From a virus, in the UHGV virus genome UHGV-1982450: a stretch of DNA of 21,444 nt; one strand, given 5' to 3'. Position numbers and translations under genes: made by a program. Below the pieces are notes generated by a model. It was given only the letters and a program-made list of their open reading frames with translations, had not been told where the DNA came from and did not search any database. The stretch's first letter is position 1. Each line of letters starts with the position of its first letter. Positions 16,217 through 21,444 of this stretch are shown here, one piece after another.

Positions 16217-19200
16217 TAAAGGTCATCGTCCTCGATCTTGATGACACGCTTATTGATACATCAAGCCTCGAACCACTTCGGTTAGCTGGCCGATGGAGAG
16301 ACATACCCAGGTACTTTAATGGTTGTGTCATCAATCAGGACGTTGTCGGCCTTGTTACAACGGCTCGGTCGGTTGGAATCAAGGTTGCTATCTTCTCGAA
16401 TGCGCCTTCGAACTACGTTCAGGGGCTACTCAAACACTTCAGTATCACTGTTGATTATGTAGTAGCCTACCATGATGTAACGCAGCATAAGCCGAGCCCT
16501 GAGGGCGTTACTCGTATTCTCGAGTACTTCGGTGTTAGCGCCGACGAGTCAATTTATTTAGGAGATAGTAACCTAGATCGAGACGCTGCTTCCAATGCAG
16601 GAGTTGAGTTTTTCTCAGTAGATTGGGGTTCTGCCTCGGAGATCGATTCGTCACATAAGGGAATAAGCGGTCTCTCCGAGCTTATTGGAAAAAACTCGAC
16701 GCGGAGCTCCGCAAGAACTGGACGTTCTGAGTTAATACAATCTGGGAATAAACTTCATCTGGGATTCTATTTAGATGGTATCAAACAGGAAGTTTGGTCT
16801 TTCAAGGATAACAAGAATACTTCTGTTCGCCGCTGGGTTAACAAGACTGTTGAGCTAGCTTCTTCATTCCCAGCCATAGATATAGTTGTTCGAGCGTTAG
16901 GTCACGCTGAGCTTAGGGCTGAAGATGGCGATAAAGCATTAGATACCTTGGGCAAATCGCTGGCTGTTGCTTTAGGGGCTTCTTACCAACCTAAGATATT
17001 AGAGAAAGATCACGTATTAGATAAATCGACTAATTGCACTGCAGCACAAAGACTCCACCAGGTCAGAGGTGCCTATAAAGCCGATTTTGATTCAATAGAA
17101 GCTAATTCAAATCCGACATTTCTGATCATTGACGACGTATTAACTTCGGGGGCTACAACTGATGAGATAACACGCTGTCTATCTCAAGCTTTTCCGAATT
17201 CAAGTATTTACATTTTTACGTTGGTTAAAACTCTCTATAGATTGGAGCTATGCACTGACAGCCAAGAACAACAACACAATAACCAACTGTTTTCAGATTT
17301 GTACAACCCAATCATCGACTCGCTGGCGGACGAAAGTGAACTATCTAGACATGTCAGGTCGAAGTCTAGTAGCAGGCTTGTAAGCAAGAAGTTTTCTGCT
17401 AACTACGCGAGAACCAACCATAACTTCATTTTCCACAATCTTCTCCAGTATTCTATCTCGTCTGAAGCGGCGTCTGGACAGCTATTTGCAGCAATTCAAG
17501 TTCTTAAGAATATGCTTCAGAGAGGGAAGCCAACAATAGCCTCGCGGAAGCTGAGGAAGGCATTTGGCATTGAACTGGATCAGAACGTTCTTAATACACC
17601 AGCTCAGGCTCTTGTGTCAGATAAGCCGGTTTTTTGGAATAGATTGATTCGAGGCCACAAACAGTCAGGAAACTACCCAGCGAAAAGGTTTTTTGATGAG
17701 CTGATACCGAAGTATTTCGGTAAGTACATTTTTGTAAAACAACTAATGCTCCCTGAAGTCCAGATTTACGATATGACTCAGGTCTACGTTGAACAATTCC
17801 AGAACCGACAGGTAGATTTTTACATTCCTCAAGTTGGTTTAATTATTGAGATAGACGGTCAGCAGCACCAAAATTCTCAGCATTTAGATGAAATGAGGGA
17901 TGCGTTTACCGAAAGCCTGGGACTGAAGACTGTTCGATTCACTGTTCAAGAACTGGCATCTGAGAACCAGTCATTTATCAGTAAGATAAATTCGATTATT
18001 TCTCACATTCAGATCGTTGATGGTCTAGAGCGAAATGGTGTCCTAACGCCTCCTAATGGTATTTCTTTATTGAATTACCAAGAGGCTTACGAAAATGGAG
18101 TCGATGTTACTGACTCGCGATTGAGGCTGACCTCGGCGTTGCGTTTCCAGATACTGTTATTAGAGCTTCTTGAACGCGGTCAGATCAGACTAGGGGAGTT
18201 GAAAAAACTATTCATAGTCAATCGTGATGGAACTGATTTTGCTGAAGCGGCACTGGACGACCTGAACGATTTGTTATCGAATATCTTTCGTCTCATCGGC
18301 ATTGAAGAAAAGCGAATTGAGGTTGCGCTGATCGAATCAGATGAGCTTCCGAGCGAACGGTCTGGTGAAAATATATTCATCGACTTCAGCTTACTGGAGC
18401 GTTATGACGATTCCTTTCAAGTTAACCAAGACGTCATATATTCACGTACGGATTACTTCGATTTCTATCGAAACTTCGAAGATTCTGATGCTGTTTCAAT
18501 AGAAACCAGTCAATTGATTGACTATGACTTTTTTGAGCTTTCATGTAGTAACCCCATTACCTACAAGCTAGATCTTAGCCCAGGCAGCGAGCAGAGAGAG
18601 TCGCTGAGATACTTCCTCAGCAACCTGTTTCTACCATACCTAGAGGATGTAGATTTCAGGGAAGGGCAGGTTGGTATCATAGGATCTGCACTTTCGAAAA
18701 ACGGCACAATAGGATTGCTGCCTACAGGTTCGGGTAAGTCGATTTGTTACCAGCTGTCTGCGGTCCTGCAACCAGCCGTTAGCTTTGTCGTGTGCCCGAT
18801 AAAAAGTTTGATGTATGACCAGAAAGCAGATTTGGATAGCATCGGCTTCACTCGAAGCAATTTTATTACAAGTGATTTGAAGGCAGGAGAGAAGGCCAAA
18901 GTTCAGAGAGATTTCGGACGTGGTAAGTACTTCTTCGTTTTTATATCGCCTGAGCGATTCCAAACCCATGCGTTTAGAAAAGAGATGTTGGCTATCGGAC
19001 TAGATCTCTCATTTGCCTACGCGGTGATCGATGAAGCTCACTGTTTGTCTGAGTGGGGACATGATTTCAGGACTTCTTATCTGAACCTGGCAAATACAAT
19101 CGAACGGTTTGCTCCCAGTGCGAGTTATATAGGTCTAACGGCAACAGCATCAGTTAACGTCCTAAAGGATATTCAAACAGAGTTTGATATCCCAGATGAT

Positions 19201-20889
19201 TTTGTCCGTACCCCCATGGACTTCACTCGCGAGGAACTATCATTCCACGTCATTGACGATAAAGGCCGTAAAGGTGATGCAGTCGTCGAGCTTGTTTCTG
19301 AAATGGAGGGTAAATGGAATTCAGATGGGGAAGACGGCAATAAGGCGGGGATCATATTCACTTCTACCGTCAACGGAGCTAAGGGGTGTTATAGCTTAGC
19401 GGGCCGAATATCAACACTCTTGAAGATGGATGTTAGATATTTTTCGGGGTCGGCTCCGAAAATGGGTGGATTGCAGGGAGAGGCTTTCGATAGATATAAG
19501 CGCCAAGTTCAAGACGATTTTAAAGAAAATAAATACCGCCTACTTACTGCCACTAAGGCATTCGGAATGGGCGTGAATAAGGGAAATATTGCCTATACGG
19601 TTCACTTCGGAATACCTGGGTCGATGGAGGCCTTGTATCAGGAAGCTGGCAGGGCAGGGCGAGATAAAAAACTATTCAAGGAAGTACCCGCAGATTGCTA
19701 TGTGCTTCTCACAAAAGAGCCCAATTCAGCTATTCTCGACAAGATTTGGGACGCTAGCACGAACGTCAAAGATCTGAAGGAGTACGTGAAGTCATTGAGT
19801 CGCGATAGCGACCTGAACACAAATCTATTCCTGATGACAAACGGCTTGGGCACAATCAATGATGAGTTCAAGTTGATGGCAAATGTATACGAATTTTTTA
19901 AGTACAATCAGGAACACAACACGGTGACCATTACTGCCAGGCAGTTTGGTACGGAAAAGTTTAAATTGGAAAAGGCTATCTACCGCCTTTCTCAATTAGG
20001 TATTGTCTCTGACTGGGTAATCGAAGACTTTTTTAATGGAACGCTCTCTGTCGAGTTCCAGTGCCTATCGGAAGAAGGCCTGGAAAAGAAAATTGAGCAT
20101 ACCGTCAGAAAGTATGATCCTGAGTTTAAGCTCGCTGATGTGTTCAGTAGTGATAACCAGTACTACAAAATTCTCTGCGACAAGCTGAGAAAAGGGTCTA
20201 TCGATAAATCGCAATTTATCTTTCTTGTTCTTTTACTTTGGTCCTATGACCATTTTGTCTACAACCGCCGCCAGTCACAGAAGAACGTTTATGAACACTG
20301 TAGTTTATTTGCTGAAGGCAGGATGGATGGTAAAGAATTTAAGGAGAAGTTAGAGGGTTATTTCAGACACGACAAGTCGAGCCAACTTTTGCTCAATATG
20401 GCTGAGAATTCTGTGTCGGTGAAGTTATGGCCATCAGTTTTTTTTGAAACTGATGAAGAAGAGGGCTCGGAACATTTAGTAAGCAGCGAGAAGATGACGA
20501 TCCTACGAGGTCAGATTTCTCGATTCCTAGAGTCATACAAAGATAATGCATTCTTGAACTACTTGAGTGGTGTGCTGCGACTAGCTTCCGATGAGTTTGA
20601 TGATGCAGATGGAGAGCGAAGAATGGCATCGTCATTTGATCGGTTGATCAGTGATAATAGGGATGAAGCACTAGAGCTGGTCCGAAAAACTATGCAGTTA
20701 AAACCAATATTTTCTGAAAATGCGCGAAGTCGCTTTGCTCGTTTGGTCCATGAGAAATTTGAAGATTTGGATTTTCTTGGGGAAGTAAATGAAGAGCTAG
20801 GAGATCCGTTCTCCTATCACACTTTGTTAGCTCCACTGGCAATTAGACTTGAAAAACTTACCAGCCTATACAAGGGGATTAATTGGTGA
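16213..20889 (+). CDS. 1558-aa multidomain protein: N-terminal HAD-like phosphatase, ComF-like PRTase, Vsr/DUF559-like endonuclease-fold module, RecQ-family SF2 helicase core, and an uncharacterised C-terminal region of about 390 aa
   Basis: HAD motifs DLDDTL, FSNA, HKP, GDSNLDRD (aa 1-140). PRTase PRPP loop FLIIDDVLTSGATT (nt 17119-17160). Vsr-like pattern DFYIPQVGLIIEIDGQQH ... TVRF (about nt 17710-17997). RecQ motifs LLPTGSGKS, VVCPIKSLMYDQ, VIDEAHCLSEWGHDFR, LTATA, ATKAFGMGVNK, YQEAGRAGRD (about nt 18610-19692). Confidence 0.9.
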   Translation: MIKVIVLDLDDTLIDTSSLEPLRLAGRWRDIPRYFNGCVINQDVVGLVTTARSVGIKVAIFSNAPSNYVQGLLKHFSITVDYVVAYHDVTQHKPSPEGVTRILEYFGVSADESIYLGDSNLDRDAASNAGVEFFSVDWGSASEIDSSHKGISGLSELIGKNSTRSSARTGRSELIQSGNKLHLGFYLDGIKQEVWSFKDNKNTSVRRWVNKTVELASSFPAIDIVVRALGHAELRAEDGDKALDTLGKSLAVALGASYQPKILEKDHVLDKSTNCTAAQRLHQVRGAYKADFDSIEANSNPTFLIIDDVLTSGATTDEITRCLSQAFPNSSIYIFTLVKTLYRLELCTDSQEQQHNNQLFSDLYNPIIDSLADESELSRHVRSKSSSRLVSKKFSANYARTNHNFIFHNLLQYSISSEAASGQLFAAIQVLKNMLQRGKPTIASRKLRKAFGIELDQNVLNTPAQALVSDKPVFWNRLIRGHKQSGNYPAKRFFDELIPKYFGKYIFVKQLMLPEVQIYDMTQVYVEQFQNRQVDFYIPQVGLIIEIDGQQHQNSQHLDEMRDAFTESLGLKTVRFTVQELASENQSFISKINSIISHIQIVDGLERNGVLTPPNGISLLNYQEAYENGVDVTDSRLRLTSALRFQILLLELLERGQIRLGELKKLFIVNRDGTDFAEAALDDLNDLLSNIFRLIGIEEKRIEVALIESDELPSERSGENIFIDFSLLERYDDSFQVNQDVIYSRTDYFDFYRNFEDSDAVSIETSQLIDYDFFELSCSNPITYKLDLSPGSEQRESLRYFLSNLFLPYLEDVDFREGQVGIIGSALSKNGTIGLLPTGSGKSICYQLSAVLQPAVSFVVCPIKSLMYDQKADLDSIGFTRSNFITSDLKAGEKAKVQRDFGRGKYFFVFISPERFQTHAFRKEMLAIGLDLSFAYAVIDEAHCLSEWGHDFRTSYLNLANTIERFAPSASYIGLTATASVNVLKDIQTEFDIPDDFVRTPMDFTREELSFHVIDDKGRKGDAVVELVSEMEGKWNSDGEDGNKAGIIFTSTVNGAKGCYSLAGRISTLLKMDVRYFSGSAPKMGGLQGEAFDRYKRQVQDDFKENKYRLLTATKAFGMGVNKGNIAYTVHFGIPGSMEALYQEAGRAGRDKKLFKEVPADCYVLLTKEPNSAILDKIWDASTNVKDLKEYVKSLSRDSDLNTNLFLMTNGLGTINDEFKLMANVYEFFKYNQEHNTVTITARQFGTEKFKLEKAIYRLSQLGIVSDWVIEDFFNGTLSVEFQCLSEEGLEKKIEHTVRKYDPEFKLADVFSSDNQYYKILCDKLRKGSIDKSQFIFLVLLLWSYDHFVYNRRQSQKNVYEHCSLFAEGRMDGKEFKEKLEGYFRHDKSSQLLLNMAENSVSVKLWPSVFFETDEEEGSEHLVSSEKMTILRGQISRFLESYKDNAFLNYLSGVLRLASDEFDDADGERRMASSFDRLISDNRDEALELVRKTMQLKPIFSENARSRFARLVHEKFEDLDFLGEVNEELGDPFSYHTLLAPLAIRLEKLTSLYKGINW

Positions 20890-21374
20890 ATGACATACAG
20901 AAACTACACCGGGTAATCGATTCACTCGAAGAGCAATCGACGCAAGTGGCACAGTTTAATGGCCTGTTGAGCGCCGTCAGCGATGCAAGAACTGAGATAG
21001 AGGCTGCGAAATCAACGCTCGTAAATCTAGCTTATGAACACGCTGAATTGTTTACGAAGAACTCGAATAAATTTGAAGAGTTTGACGGCCGCCTTATGTC
21101 ACTAAATGATCTTCTAGGCCAGATCAAAGATGAACAGTTGAAACTAAGGCGTGAGGTTGCAGCCTTGAAGTTTGTAACACCAGAGCAGTTTGAACAAGGC
21201 TGCACAGCAATTGATAGCCGCATTGCTAAACAATTAGCGGAATTGAAAAGCAAGTTAGAGGCGGCGGCGGAGTCTCAGCAAAGATCGATAAGCGGGCTAC
21301 GAACCATAGTTGTTTTAGGTATCTTGGTGTTGGCTGGAGGTGTCGGATTCTTGGCTATGAATATTTTTCTTTAA
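20883..21374 (+). CDS. Coiled-coil protein with a C-terminal transmembrane anchor; possible third component of the DprA-PRTase-helicase locus
   Basis: Start (TTG 20883 or GTG 20886) overlaps the stop of the 1558-aa gene. Heptad-rich helical sequence and a C-terminal TM helix IVVLGILVLAGGVGFLAMNIF. Confidence 0.5.
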   Translation: MVNDIQKLHRVIDSLEEQSTQVAQFNGLLSAVSDARTEIEAAKSTLVNLAYEHAELFTKNSNKFEEFDGRLMSLNDLLGQIKDEQLKLRREVAALKFVTPEQFEQGCTAIDSRIAKQLAELKSKLEAAAESQQRSISGLRTIVVLGILVLAGGVGFLAMNIFL

Positions 21375-21444
21375 TTTTCAGATTGTCATTCAGTTTTTAG
21401 TTGTAATCAATAAGTTGGAATACAGAGGCTTTTTCCTCTGCTGT

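Noticed and set aside
21423-21440. Short hairpin CAGAGG-CTTTTT-CCTCTG at the window end as a terminator
   Set aside because: Only a 6-bp stem and the downstream sequence is outside the window; cannot be evaluated.
1-21444. Search for tRNA or rRNA genes, a CRISPR array, integrase or attachment-site repeats
   Set aside because: No T-loop/anticodon-arm patterns in the intergenic regions, no regularly spaced direct repeats, and no tyrosine- or serine-recombinase motifs in any ORF; none found in this window.

Overview
The window reads as a mobile-element backbone, most likely a phage or phage-plasmid (inference from gene content; no database search was possible), with a distinct cargo region at the right end. 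Left to right: a minus-strand operon of an SF2 DEAD/DEAH-type helicase, a small possible RHH protein and a small lipoprotein; a ParB-like nuclease-domain gene; a packaging module (terminase small subunit, terminase large subunit, portal); a tail-anchored coiled-coil protein followed by an overlapped spanin-like pair; a TacA/TacT-type (DUF1778 antitoxin plus GNAT toxin) module; a ParF/ParG-like partition pair; a lone GIY-YIG nuclease gene; and a DnaB-like helicase plus zinc-ribbon/TOPRIM primase. The most interesting part is at 15230-21374: a DprA/Smf-like gene translationally coupled to a 1558-aa protein that fuses HAD phosphatase, PRTase, Vsr/DUF559-like endonuclease and a full RecQ-type helicase core, followed by a tail-anchored coiled-coil protein. 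The DprA-like plus PRTase pairing recalls ShosTA-type defence/toxin-antitoxin systems, but the fused nuclease and RecQ modules go beyond what I recall for ShosT, so I flag it as a candidate undescribed defence system. Several recurring dyad-symmetric motifs sit in operon leaders. No tRNA, rRNA, CRISPR array or integrase was found. All domain calls rest on motifs read by eye from the supplied translations.
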